A DNA stretch of 63,726 bases, the filler included, from Atractiella rhizophila (lineage: Eukaryota), in assembly GCA_021432655.1 (NCBI GenBank). It is 16 parts of 15 records of this genome, joined end to end, with 100 filler letters (N's around TTAATTAATTAA, not from the genome) between each part and the next. Parts side by side here need not be neighbours in the genome. Positions count along the whole stretch, not along the records: positions 49,885 to 54,728 come from MU272421.1; positions 54,829 to 59,666 come from MU272422.1; positions 59,767 to 62,147 come from MU272426.1; 13 more parts are not named here. One strand, given 5' to 3'. Shown here in pieces: positions 49,885 to 61,972 of this stretch. Numbering within the stretch: the first letter of the stretch is position 1; the number at the start of each line of letters is the position of its first letter. The position numbers and the translations under genes were made by a program. The notes below the pieces were generated by a model. That model did not search any database and was not told the DNA's origin. It saw nothing but the letters and a program-made list of their open reading frames with translations.

Positions 49885-52240
49885 CTTGTTGCAGATGGAA
49901 ACTGGCACAACTTCCTCAGATGAATTATACATCGTCGCATCAACTTGGAGCCGACGTGGGGAGACTGAAGAACAAGCGACGTCGCGACCCCGAAGAAGAT
50001 TTCTCGTCTCCCATCGCTCTCGACAAGACATTGCAATCCAAACTGTCGAATACCGCTCGATTGTACCTCGCCATCGTTTTGTTGGAGCGTTTGCTTCGAA
50101 ATGAAGTACCATTCTCGTATGACGATAGCCTGTCGAGCTCAGAGCAGCAGCTGAAGTTTGAGAAACATCTACTGCAGGGTTCGTCTTCTTATACACGGGT
50201 GAGATTCCTGAATTAATGGGACAAACAGACGTTGCGCCACTTGCATTCGAACAATATTACTCGAACGAGATAAAGACAGTGGGATACGCGCTTCAAACGG
50301 AAATGGAGGTGAGCCTAAAGCTTGTTACCGTCGTAGGATGTGTAGGACTTACGAAGGCGTAGATCTGGCTTATTTACACCATATCTGTTGGAATCTGGTT
50401 TGCTCCAAACTCTGTGGGCCCTAAATTACATCCTGATGAAAAGGCCATTGTTGACCGACTCTGCAGGATATTGTGCGATCAATACCTTGGCGGTTTTTGC
50501 CTACCAACGCTTTATCCTCACGGGAAGGACAAGGGAGACGAGAATCTTCATTACTTAAACTATTAGAGTCATGCCTCTCCTCGTCCTCGTCACTCCGGAA
50601 GACAACTTTCGACAACTTATCCATCATCCTTCAGCTCACACATGCATTTATTGATCAATTGCCTCGGCCGGACGTTTGGAAAGCGATGCTCGAACTGGCT
50701 CTGGAACATTTTGGTGCGCTTTGGCGGAGAAGTGTAACCGAGCGAGAGTGGCTGAGAAAGCGACAACTTGCCCATTTGATTGTAAGTCTCATTCCTGTCC
50801 TTGGCAAACAGGCTCATGCTAATTGTGGCCCAAGCGACTGTCTAACTCTTACACCTGTCGATTTGGTGGCTCCCCTCTGCTGTACGTCCACATTCTCAAA
50901 CAGGCCCCATTATCCTAAACGGATGTTTAGTTCGGAGAAACATTACAAACGATTCCTCCCACAAGAGGGCAGCATGGATTGTCGTCTCTTCACAGATATC
51001 ACATTTTATTCTACATTAATTACGGAGGCGGCCGAAGATCTCACAGCCATCGACGGACACCTCCAGTGCACGAGTCGCCAGCTTGCCTCTGCCCGTATGT
51101 CCTAACGTTTCAACTTGCCTGTAGGGAACCTGTACTGACCGAAAAGCAAGGTTGTCTGAATGTCAATATTTCGGTTGAGAATACGCTGTCTGATCTCCTG
51201 CACGCGGTTCAAGGATTTCGCGAATCCTGGAACCGGCGCTTCCCCCTTTCATCGCTCGAGTTCTCAGCAGCCAATAGCCCATCGAGCTATAACGTGGAGA
51301 GCCCCTCGTCACCCATGGCGACTTCGTTAGGCGGAACACAACTTCCAATGCTCCAGTCCGTCATGATAACCTCACTAATGACGCGACATGCCCTCCTCCT
51401 TGATACCATTTCCCGGTCTTACATCTCAGTCTTCCCCACCAGCACCGAACTGCAAACCCTTTCGCAAGAGTGCGAACAACTCTGTCGTCAGCAAATTGGA
51501 GACAGTCTTCGATATCTCGATATATTATCCAGAACACGGCAGGACCAAGTTGGTTTAGCCTGGGCTTCCATGATAATGATGGAGTTTGACTGTATGGAAG
51601 GCGGGTGGAGGGGATTGGCAAGGTGGTTGATCAACCAAGAGGACGATGAATTGCGACAGCGCACACTTAGGTTTGTCTTCATTCAACTAATTTATTCGAT
51701 CCTCTAACGCCGCTTTAGTGTAATACTGAGGAGTAAGGCAGCATGGTGTTCAAGCCTGATCATCGACAGGATTGATGAGTTCGAGGAGGAGTTGTCCCAC
51801 CATTGTTTCTTCGTTAGTCTTCCTTCATTCCGCCCGATTTGTTAGTGCACTTATGTCTGTGCGTCAGGAAACATTCTCAGATGTTACATCTCCAGGATCC
51901 ATGATATCTACGGAAGGATCTGGGCCAGAGCAGAACCTCCAAGCCTGGATGGAATTGGAGCAGGCGCTTCTCAACAACGAAAAGTTCGATGATCTTCGCC
52001 TCTTAACTGCCTCACCCGTGCTCTCTGATTTTCAAGGGACAATGGACGATTTTGGATCTAAATTTATTATGCGAATGGACACTATGTGAAGCTGTATGGA
52101 AGAAGTATGCATTTTGTAGCAGATTGCAATTAATTGTCGTTGTTCACATTCACTATCCTCTCTTATGCCTCCGTCAGCTCACTCTTCAAATTCTGTCTCG
52201 ACTCCATATGTGCTTTTCTAGGTTCGCCTTTGAAGTATGA
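49885..52240 (+). CDS. Hypothetical multi-exon protein, 5'-truncated; possibly a fungal transcription-factor middle region
   Basis: Successive long + strand frames (49920, 50473, 51125-51670, 51870-52089) separated by GT-AG intron-like gaps; no diagnostic motif. Confidence 0.4.
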
Positions 52241-52295
52241 GAAGACCCAGCACTCGAAACTACAAGTGATATGAGTAGAGGTGACATCTTCCTTG

Positions 52296-52321
52296 ACGCG
52301 TCGAAAAGAAAGTCGACGCGT
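52296..52321. promoter_or_regulatory. Two MCB (ACGCGT) boxes within a 9-bp inverted repeat upstream of the H3 variant
   Basis: ACGCGTCGA-AAAGAAAG-TCGACGCGT, about 260-285 bp before ATG 52582. Confidence 0.5.
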
Positions 52322-52581
52322 GACGTATTATGAGTATTTCCTGTTACTGTATGCATGTCTTGGATTTAATTCAATGGAGCCTAAATCGACATTTTCAACT
52401 TGAAAATGACTAGCTTGTGAACCACCTTCACAACACGCTCCTGAGAAGCAATTCCTGAGCTTTCCATCTGTTCCCCTCCCCTCTTGCTGCCTTCACCTCC
52501 TCGTTCCATCCTCTTCTGTCTATATCTTCAAGCGAAAGTCCCAATACATGCACCCGATTCGCCAGGTTTAGAAGTTCCAGC

Positions 52582-53468
52582 ATGGCACGCACCAAAGTAC
52601 TGTGTTCTCATGTTCCCAAAGTCGAGAAAATTTGACATCCTGCTGCCAGCAACAAGCAAGAAAATATGTCCCAATTAAAACAGACAAGAACCTGAGCCAA
52701 AAGAAAAAAGGGTGCGCCGTATCCTTCGTTTGCTCCCCTTCTACCAGTGAAGGGATAGATTTTGCTGAAGAAATCGATGGAACAGAGGCTGGCTCGAAGC
52801 ATCGCCGTTATAGACCCGGAACTGTAGCGTTGAGGGAGATCAGGAAATACCAGGGAAGTACAGATTTCCTAATCAGAAAACTTCCGGTGCGTTCCCCTCA
52901 TCCCCTCTCTCTGCTAGCGAGAGTGAAGACATTGATGGGCTCAACACCTCTTGGTGGTGGATGTAGTTCCAAAGACTCGTTAGAGAGATCGCGACCGAAT
53001 TCAAACCCGACATCCGTTTCCACGTGTCTGCAATGGACGCATTGCAGGTCTGTCTCCATCTTCTTCCTCCATGAATAGAGCTGGCGTGAAGACCACCCTG
53101 TTCCTTTGGCGTGAGGAAGGTATCGGCTGAACAACATTTGGTCGATTTGTTCAGTGACGCGAACGTGAGTTCTCCCTGTTGAGGCAGTCGCCGAGACCCC
53201 ATCGCACATGGTGACCCATCGTCCTGCGGTACAGCTATGTGCCGTCCACGCGAAACGCGTCACAGTGATGCCAAAAGATATCCTCCTGGCTCGTCGTCTC
53301 CGAGGGGAGAGCAACGACATCTTGTCCACGATTCCTGGATCGCATCCAAGGAGGGGAAGCGGCTCTAACGGTTCGATAGGGCGAGGATCTATGCACGGGA
53401 TGGGCACAAGAAGTAGCGGAGAGAAAGGGGGGAGGCCGAGGGGAGGTAAAACTGGAGGGAAACATTGA
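52582..53468 (+). CDS. Divergent histone H3 variant with ~50-aa C-terminal extension; exons 52582-52596, 52650-52711, 52748-52886, 52967-53047, 53120-53164, 53235-53468
   Basis: [15 protein letters not shown]...|[113 protein letters not shown]+52 aa. All introns are GT-AG and the frame is intact. Confidence 0.92.
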
Positions 53469-53782
53469 AAGGCGGAGGTAAGCACTTTGATTTGTTCTGG
53501 GTGCAATTATGACAAACCGTAATAATAGGGCAATTCAAGACATGTTAACATGTTGACCATACTGAGGCATTCGGTATTCGGGTTTAAATATTGGCATAAA
53601 TCCTAGCAGAGCCCCTAAAGCCCATTGTTCGAGAAATTGTACTTTAGCAAATATTATTCGCATGTTGTCAAACAGGCATTAGCAGAGTTTGAGCACCTCG
53701 CTTTCCGGGCGTGCTTAGGCGCTGTTGATTAAAGGCAGACAGTAGACACACTTTATAGCGCGACAGAATCTAGCATCTGTCC

Positions 53783-54360
53783 TCAAATCGTAAGTGTCGA
53801 TACCTCCAAGTCGGAGTGATCCAAAGGCCATGAAATAGCGCACCAAAGCGGACTGCAAATATATTCTGTGACAAGGTCGGCTTTGTCTCGTGTATTGTTC
53901 TTCACTGATGGAACAATAACGGAGAGAGTTAAAAGAATCATTTGTTCTTTTAGGCAGTGATTTACAATGGGTTTAGATAATGGTCTTGGAAAGCTCTGTC
54001 GCATCAGTTGCCTAACTTTGTAGATAAACGTAGCTGCCTCTCTCCCCTTATATGGTAAGCTCCTTCCTCTCAGCTTTAGACGCCTTCTCCTCCATTCGTA
54101 GTGTGAGAGATGAGATGTTGCTACAAAACACGTGATAACTCGTTTTAGAGCAGTATTATGCTTTTCCGTCAACATTATCATGTAAACTAACCATAGAGTT
54201 AGAGAACAGCATTCCATATCTTTGATACTACCAACGTGTTTATACTGAACTGGGGTACCCCTTGTCGCAACCGAGTGAATTGCGCACCAGCATGTTCTTT
54301 CTTTCGAAACACCTTTATAAATGCCTCCATTGCATTAATAGTCTTATTTCAACCTGTTCT
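53783..54360 (-). mobile_element. Probable decayed LINE (Tad1-like) post-RT fragment
   Basis: ATRGTPV...MECCSLTLW...EKHNTALKRVITCF resembles the LINE pattern RG....EY.S.VW...QN.ALR.I.G.F; AT-enriched region. Confidence 0.35.
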
Positions 54361-54404
54361 ACACCAGCTACGTTGCCCGACCTTGCTCATGAACTTGCCA
54401 CACG

Positions 54405-54532
54405 AATAAACAAATAAACGAATAAACAAATAAACACCACTTCCACTCAGTTGAAGCTGGTTGATGCATCCAGCATTCTGAGGATTGTTGCTTCGCTCCG
54501 CCAGCCACGTATTTGAGCCAGTATTTGAGCCA
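54405..54532. repeat. Short tandem repeats: (AATAAAC-R)x4 at 54405-54436 and GTATTTGAGCCA x2 at about 54509-54531
   Basis: Read directly, upstream of the ERG26-like start. Confidence 0.75.
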
Positions 54533-54561
54533 CTCCAAGTCGCCCTCTTCCACTCAGGACG

Positions 54562-54728
54562 ATGCCCTACAACCCCTCTCCACCCGAAGTCTACGCCGTC
54601 ATCGGCGGCAGCGGCTTCCTCGGCGGAAACCTGCTCAAGGCGCTCTCCTCCCGCTACCCCACAGCGACCATCTACTCCCTCGACCTCTTCCCCGCGCCAG
54701 CCACCAGCCCGCTTCCTCCTCGGTGCAC
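54562..54728 (+). CDS. 3-beta-hydroxysteroid dehydrogenase / ERG26-like NAD(P)-binding protein, N-terminus only
   Basis: YAVIGGSGFLGGNLLKAL...IYSLDL: extended-SDR GGxGFxG Rossmann motif. Confidence 0.65.
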
Positions 54729-54828
54729 NNNNNNNNNNNNNNNNNNNNNNNNNNNNNNNNNNNNNNNNNNNNTTAATTAATTAANNNNNNNNNNNNNNNN
54801 NNNNNNNNNNNNNNNNNNNNNNNNNNNN

Positions 54829-55766
54829 TCCCTCCCGCGGAAACTATTCCTGGGGATGGAATGCAGGAAAGTGTGTGGAAGTTACTCCCTGTCACTCTCA
54901 TCGTCCAGTATGCCGTTGTGGCTCTTCATGGAACCACTTGCGACCAAGTCTTCATGTCCGTAATTCTGTTCTGTTCATGCTATGTGCGGGCAAGGGAAAG
55001 TGACCGGGGTAAAACAGGTCGTTTTTGGTAACTCCTGTTGCGAGCGGTGGATTGGGCCTGAGAGCTTCGGATTACGCCACACTCATCGCACTCGTGAGTT
55101 CCATTCCGTTCACGATGGATTATTTTTGACTGGCTAAACAGTTATGCTTCTTCCAAATGCTGTTTCAATTCCGCTTCGTGAGATATAACACTCGTCCACA
55201 ATGTTTCTACTCTAATATGTGCTAACAGTACCCTAATGTCGGACCACCAAGAGGCCACTTCTCTCACCTCTTCATGTTCCGTTTCGGACTGTTGCTCTAC
55301 ATTCCAGTCTACCTCCTCTTCCCAGAACTTCGAGGACTGCTCCACCAAAATACAAATGGGTTTGTAATGTTTGGAATGCTCCTGCTCATGGGTACGTATG
55401 CCTTACCTGCTATCAACCGGATACTGACGAGGGCTACCAGTCGTCCGAAGTTTAGCCAGTGTCTGCTCATATACCGCCATCATGATTCTCGTCAACGCGA
55501 TGACGCCAGCACCTCTCGTCTCTTTGGCAAACGGTACCGCTCAGAGCGTAGTATCAGGTATCCTTGTCGTTTACCTTTCATCAAATTGCTGACATACTTT
55601 TGCAGCTGCTCGCTTCTTGGGACCTCTTATTGGCGGCGCGATTTGGTCGTATTCCATTGCGGATGGTCCTGATGCGCGAAATTACCCCTTCAATTACGCT
55701 CTAGGCTTCTTCCTCGTCGCCATCGTGTGCTTCATCGGCTTCGTTCATAGCTTTTGGATCCGTTGA
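54829..55766 (+). CDS. Major facilitator superfamily transporter, C-terminal half, multi-exon
   Basis: FLVTPVASGGLGL, SYTAIMILVNAMTPAPLVSLANGTAQS and AARFLGPLIGGAIWSYS...FVHSFWIR-TGA. Confidence 0.8.
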
Positions 55767-56455
55767 TAACCCCTCATACTTCAGTGCCTGCGCACATCCT
55801 CCTTGACCCCTTCATTGTAACATCATCCACTTAGACGTATCCTGTTTATGCTTATGTCTTCGGCCAGTTCCAGTCGTTTGAGTAATCAGTTGTGTATCAT
55901 TAGTGTATGATATCCAGCAACTTTCCGTCCGCTCCAATTCTATGTCTTTTTTCTTTACTAAACCTGCTAGACCTTCGCTTTTGCCATATTCACAATGCGA
56001 TGAGGTTGACAGATAAATTTATTGTTCTATGGCAGATGATTACTATTTAGGAAACAAAACAAGAATCAACAAAAGGGATTCAAGCAATAGAAAGAGAAAG
56101 AAAAAGAGAATAATGATACGATGCGATAAATGTGACCATGTATAGCAATAATACAATTGAACATGGGATCAGCAACAATCTGGCAAAGTACAGGTATACA
56201 CTTGTGGACGATAGAGGAGGATCTGTTTATTTAGATAGTGGGAGAAGCAAACTCACATAGAGCCACAACAACATTTGAAGACTGAGCATGCAGTCAAAAG
56301 GAGAAAGGAAATACTATCGAGCGCATGGAAAGGGAGGAGGAAGTCGGAGGAAAAGATGCAAGCAGGTTACAGTCACGTTGGTATAAACGAGTGAAGAAGT
56401 AGATGTACCGTCGCATCCCTGCAATGAATGTCCAAGTAGCTCTTCTGCATCTAGT

Positions 56456-57310
56456 TGAACCTCTTGAAGGCGATAGCAGCTTAAGATGAAAGAATGATAG
56501 GAGGCAGAAGCTTGACTTCGACTTTCGCCTTCTTTGGAGCGCGTCTTGCTTTCTGTCCCTCTTGGTCTTGATCTTCTTCACGGGACCTCTTCCTCTCCAA
56601 ATGGTCGCTCTTTCCTCCCGATCGGATGATATAATCACGATACCTTCCATTGAGAATCTTGGGCTTGGCTGCTTTTCCGTCTTGATTTCTCTGTTCTTGC
56701 CCTTCAGCTTGCCCATTCGTTTGTGCCTGACTGCGAACATCGCGGACGACACCACAAGTATAGACAGCATCGGAGAAGCTAGTGAAAGAAGGGAGGTTAC
56801 GTTCCTCAGCAAGAGTGTAATAGCTCCGGCCAGCGAGTGGGAAATAAGACCAGTTAGGGAAGACGACATATGTGGCGTACTGATGGCCGTAGCATGGGGG
56901 AGGGAGAGGAATAGGACACCACCTTTCACCTGCAACTCGTCATGTCACTGCTGTCACACCGGAGAGAAGACAGACTCACCATTCCAGGCAAACCAACCCA
57001 GACAAATCGATTGAAAGTCATCATCCGAAGGACAATCGAGCGAGAAACCCCCGGATTCCTTCAGGGTCATTCTTACGTATCCAAGTCCTTCAACTTGTTT
57101 GATTACATCCTCGTGTCCCTTGCTGATATCCGTCCCATGACCGAAGGTCGTGAATCTCATCCCTCTGCCCTTAACTTCTTGATATACATTCTTGCGGGCT
57201 GCAATGGCTTGAGCATCTGGCTGAGGAGATGGAGATGGCTCGAATTTCGGAGTCTTGTCCCAGGAAGGAGACCAAGGTCGACTAATCTGAGCTTTGGGAG
57301 TCTGAAACAT
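56456..57310 (-). CDS. Hypothetical protein, head-to-head with SLX1; boundaries approximate
   Basis: ORFs 56954-57484 and 56294-56935 can be joined by an intron near 56940-56975; Lys/Arg-rich C-terminus. Confidence 0.4.
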
Positions 57311-57516
57311 GCTAGGAGAGAATTTGTGAGCAGTTATTATGGCTGGTGGAGGAGAATCAAAGTGCGGCTTGTGCTGGATTTGGTTGTTGCAACTGTGGTT
57401 TGTTGTCGTCGCTGTATGTCGCGGATCGCGTGCGTCGGCGCATCCGCTCCACGTGACTATGATAAGCAACGCAAGAGCCATCAAGGCATTAGCATTTGGT
57501 CATTAGAAAGAGCGTT

Positions 57517-59032
57517 ATGAAAGACGCGTCAAGCTCTAAAATTCTTAGTGTGACCTCGTCGCAACCTTCGCGTTCGACGTTGACCAATCATACCGTCCCG
57601 CCTTTCTATGCCTGCTACCTTTTGCGTTCTCGCCAAACCGGGAAGAATGGACGCCTCCTCTCCCGCACCTATATAGGCTCAACTCCTGATCCATACCGTC
57701 GAATCCGGCAACACAATGGTATTCTGAAGAATGGAGGTGCATGGAAAACAAAACGAGGTCGTCCATGGGAGATGGAAATAATAGCCCATGGATTCCCCTC
57801 CAAACTCACCGCCTTGCAGTTTGAATGGGCATGGCAGAACCCGGAGAGGAGCAGGCATCTTGCGCTGGTTGTAGATGAGGAAGGAGAAGACGTGAAGAAA
57901 GCCAGGTTCAAGAAACACCCCCTGGCATACACCATGAAGAACAAGATTCTGGTGCTTCAATCTATGCTCTGCTCGCCTCCGTGGGATCGATATTCTCTCG
58001 AAGTTACGATCTTTGGGGAGGATAGCTTGGCCGCATGGGAGGATAACCTTGAACCAACGAAGGAGCCCGGGAGGAACAAGAAGGTGAAGAAAGCAGCGCC
58101 GGCGGTGAATATTAAGCTAGAAGAGGAGGAGATATCCAAACTCAAGCTAGTGAAGGTCCACAAACGCTTTGAAGGTGTGGATGGAGGTCGAGCCCAGCGC
58201 GAACCAGGCGAAATGATGGGTTCGACAAATCCTTATGTTGCGAATGACGGTATGCTCCTTTTTCGGCCACATGCAGGACTTACTAATTGGATTTCATGAT
58301 GCAGATGAATACACTTGTGCACAGCTCAAACGCTGGGAATCTTTTCTTCCAGGATTTGGTGGAGAAAAATGTAGCGTCTGCAACCTCGACGTCGACGTTC
58401 GAAATCACCTCACCTTCGCCTTCTGCCCTCACCAACGTTGCACAAGTATTTCACATCTCTCATGTCTCGCCTCTTCCCTCCTCAAATCTGACACCACCGC
58501 TCTCATTCCTGATCACGGCGCATGTCCCGCTTGCAATGGAGAGCTAGTTTGGATCAATCTCATCCGCTGCAGCTACCGCAGGCACGAAGTCTACACTTTG
58601 GGAAAGAAGCAGAAAAAGGCTCGTAGAATGAAGGCTGCCATTCCTGACAGCGAGGAAGAGGACGAGGACGAGAGTGAAGACGAAGAACGTGCCCTGGCAG
58701 TTGAAGACGCAGCTTACGACGCTTTACCAGAAGAATTCGAGGGCGTGGATGAAGCAATCCTGGTTGCAGGTGGAGAGGAAGAATACTGCTGGGACGATGA
58801 GCCTCAAACGAGGAAGACGACGAAGAAGGAGCAAAAGAAGATAGGATCCGACCTACCAAACGCCTTGGAGAAATTGCAGCCAACGACAGCGCCAGAGACA
58901 TCCAAACGGAAATCCAAGCCAAAGTCGACGAGCTCACTGCCCACCGTTCTCGACACCCTCAATGTCGTCAAACCCCCGTCAAAGTCTCACATCAAGAAGA
59001 AGAAGATTGAATATCTCGAAATATCCGACTGA
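57517..59032 (+). CDS. SLX1: Structure-specific endonuclease subunit Slx1 (GIY-YIG plus C-terminal zinc finger); intron 58250-58304
   Basis: PPFYACYLLRS...TYIGSTPDPYRRIRQHNG...GGAWKTKRGRPWEM...GFPSKLTALQFEWAWQ; CSVC...CPHQRCTSISHLSCLA...CPAC. Confidence 0.95.
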
Positions 59033-59478
59033 AAAGTAGGACAAATTTTGAGCTCTCCTTTAGCTAAGGAGTTCTCTCGCATACTACCACTTCTCTCGCT
59101 CCATTGTCGCTATCGCACCAATTCCAACTGTCTGTCTCGCCGCTCATCCACAGCTATTCTATGATACCCAGACCTCTCTTTCAGATGTCTGTCCCTTGGA
59201 GCCTCACCGAACTCAAACGAGCATCTCTGGCTTCTAATCGCACCACAGCTCTGCTCAGACGCATTTTCTGTATCACCCACCCCAAACGCAGATTACAATG
59301 TGCATCATCTAGCTGCATCCATTCAAACATGCAGCTTGATGTACGATGATGAGTGAACCTGTGATGTCACTTCTCGCAAGGCCATTCTCTGCGACCACTG
59401 TCCATTCCGTGACAATACCAGACCTTAGCAGAGCTTCTTAAACAGCCAAATTCTCAATAGATATAGAGCCAATTGCGC

Positions 59479-59666
59479 ATGGCACCACCTAAACTTCGAG
59501 TTCTCGCTGGTCCCAGTCTTGGCTCCCTCTCTCCTGTGGCCGTCAATCAAGATGTGTCTAAGCCCTTCAAAATCAGCTCTTCCTCCTTTGAGGGATTCCT
59601 GACTGTTCGAATACGGGGATTTGAAGAGTTCCCGGATCCTGAAAGCGGTTACTTTGATAAGGAAGA
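59479..59666 (+). CDS. DUF1769-family protein, N-terminus only
   Basis: KLRVLAGPS....VAVN....FKISSSSFEGFLTVRIRGF......YF pattern. Confidence 0.65.
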
Positions 59667-59766
59667 NNNNNNNNNNNNNNNNNNNNNNNNNNNNNNNNNN
59701 NNNNNNNNNNTTAATTAATTAANNNNNNNNNNNNNNNNNNNNNNNNNNNNNNNNNNNNNNNNNNNN

Positions 59767-61200
59767 TGCATTAGGGCTTGCCATCGCTCTTGAATATGAC
59801 TGAGGGACCTCTACTCCTGTTGCTGCACTCTTGGCATGCTCTTGTGACAAGCATATAGCCATATTCCATCGCCTCTGGCTCAGTGAGTACGTCACATTCC
59901 TTTACCAACATCCCAAGCTCATCTGTTAACCCTTCGTCGTTGTTTTGAGGGGCTTCTGGGGTCCTAAATCTGTCGACAGGTCGTCCTCTACTCGTAGAAT
60001 AAATTCTTGAAGGGCCTGGTGACAGGGGGAGGTGTTGAAGCTGCTGGAGGAGGTCGATCTGGTGTTGTTGGGTGGATCTGGAGTGGATCTGGAGACTCTG
60101 AGAATCTAGGCATGTGAACTCCTGTCCAAGGATCTCTCTGCATGGTGTACTGACGAGGTGGTGTCCTAAGGCGTTCAGGCACAAGCTGTAGTGGGTCTGG
60201 AGGACGGCTTCTCTTTCTTTCTTCTGCTTCTTTCTTCTTCGACCTGAAGGGGCTGAAATCGATTTGGAGACTGTATTCCAAGCGGCCTGGGTTGTTCCTG
60301 AGGTGTAGGAGGTGCTCCTGGCTGTTGAATCCATCCATCTTCTTCTTCGTCATCGTCGTCTAGCGAAATCCTGGCTGGAGGAGCAGCTGGAGCATTGTTC
60401 TGTCCATCTCCCACCTGATCCTGACGCTCCTTCCACTCATCAAGTGGTCCCTGTGGCTCTTCCAACATAATCTTCTCCTTTCTGACCTTGCAGAGCATCT
60501 CTCTCTCATCAAATCTGGCAACATCTCGGACGTAGACCTTCTTTGCAACAGGATCCCAGAACTCCCACCCTTTCGCTGCAAGGGAATAGCCTATAAATGC
60601 ACATTTTCGAGTATGAGACCCTAAGCTGTGTGGCCTTTCATCCTTCTGAACTTGAACGTAGGCAGTGCATCCAATGATTCTGAATCTTGAGATGGTTGGA
60701 GTAAGTCCAGTGAGTTTCGTATGGGGAATAGCGTGGTTGATCGAAGCTGAGGGAGATCTGTTGCGGATGTGGACGACCGCTGAAGCAATAGACGGCCAGA
60801 GAAAGAGTCGAAGTCCAGATTCTTCAAACATGGCGAGCATAGTCTCCTGAATCGTCCTATTGGCTCGTTCTGCCCTGCCATTCTGGTGAGGAGAGTTCCT
60901 GATCGTCTGTTCGCGCTGAATACCACAGGCCTTGAGGTATTGATCGAATTCCTTGGAGGAATAGGTGCCTTCCTTGTCCTCTCTAAACTTCTTGATCTTC
61001 TTCCCAGTGACATTCTCTACCCAATTCTTGAAGGTCTTGAAGAGTTCTGGGCCTCTGATTTCTTCTCAAGGAAGGCGATGGTGCAATGATTTGTTGCTTC
61101 GTCGATGAAGGTGACCCAATATCGATATCCTTCTCTGGATGTGACTGCAAGAGGTCCATGCAGATATGAGCTAATCCTGAGAAGAATAGACGCTGGATGG
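59767..61200 (-). mobile_element. Degenerate Ty1/copia integrase and linker fragment
   Basis: RISSYLHGP...YRYWVTFIDEAT (first catalytic D appears as Y), QNGRAER region, RFRIIGCTAYVQVQKDER..LGSHTRKCAFIGY...KGWEFWDP; frameshifts present. Confidence 0.9.
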
Positions 61201-61972
61201 AGCTAGGGGACAGGAGTTGGTGGTCAAAGATGATGACCACCAAGACTGCCCCCTAGGGAGAAAAACTACGAAGTGAGTAAACACAGCGAGGGTGGCTGAC
61301 CACACAAAGACAACACCATGAAATCTAACAGCTAATCCAACACTCCCACCTGGGCAGCCGCCTCTTGAAGCTCCCACCAAATCCAATAATCGTCCAAGAA
61401 AGTTTCCACCAAATATACACAGCGTTGAATAGTATGACACAAAGAAAACATGTTAATTGATTGTCTAAATCCACTGGAGAGATCCTCGTACCGCTTAGAG
61501 CGGCGTCTTATAACCCCCAGAAGGAGGACAGAGTTTTATTGCGCCCCATAACTGCCTCATGCACTTGGGTAGGGGCGCAGACCCATCATTTCTCGGAATT
61601 TTGCAACTCCAGCAATCGGTAAAGCCTTGGTGAGGAGGTCTGCGGGCATAGACTCGCCAGGGCAGAAGACTGGGGTGATGAGTCCAGATTCTACTGTGTC
61701 CCTGAGCCAGTAGAAGCGAAGATCCAAGTGCTTCATGCGTCCATGGTGTTCAGGATTCTTGCTGACTTGCAAAGCGCTGTTGCTGTCCGTGAAAAGTGTT
61801 GTCGAACCTTTTGGAGCGAAGCCAATCTCTTGCAGAAGACTTCTGAGCCAAACCACCTCTTGCCCTGCTGATACCCCTGAGATCTACTCCGCCTCTGTGG
61901 TTGAGAGTGCCACAAGAGACTGCAACTTGCTACTCCAGCTAACAGCTCCTCCTCCAACGGTTAAGGGGTATC
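61200..61972 (-). mobile_element. Second copia element 3' end: RNase H C-terminus (61557-61972), PPT (about 61343-61353), 3' LTR starting TGTTG at 61342
   Basis: GGGAVSWSSKLQSLVALSTTEAE*ISG..AGQEVVWLR...HHGRMKHLDLRFYWLRD...MPADLLTKAL; AGGTGGGAG|TGTTGG PPT-LTR junction. The LTR end (61178-61205) is uncertain. Confidence 0.8.

Noticed and set aside
52582..53468. Calling the H3 variant CenH3/Cse4
   Set aside because: Loop 1 has canonical length ([12 protein letters not shown]), and Q68 and F84 are retained; a phylogeny is still needed to be sure.
61169..61177. GGATTAGCT repeated after the LTR as a 2-LTR-circle junction or PBS
   Set aside because: The same bases translate as integrase R-I-S-S in register with YLHGP, so a coding origin is the simpler explanation.
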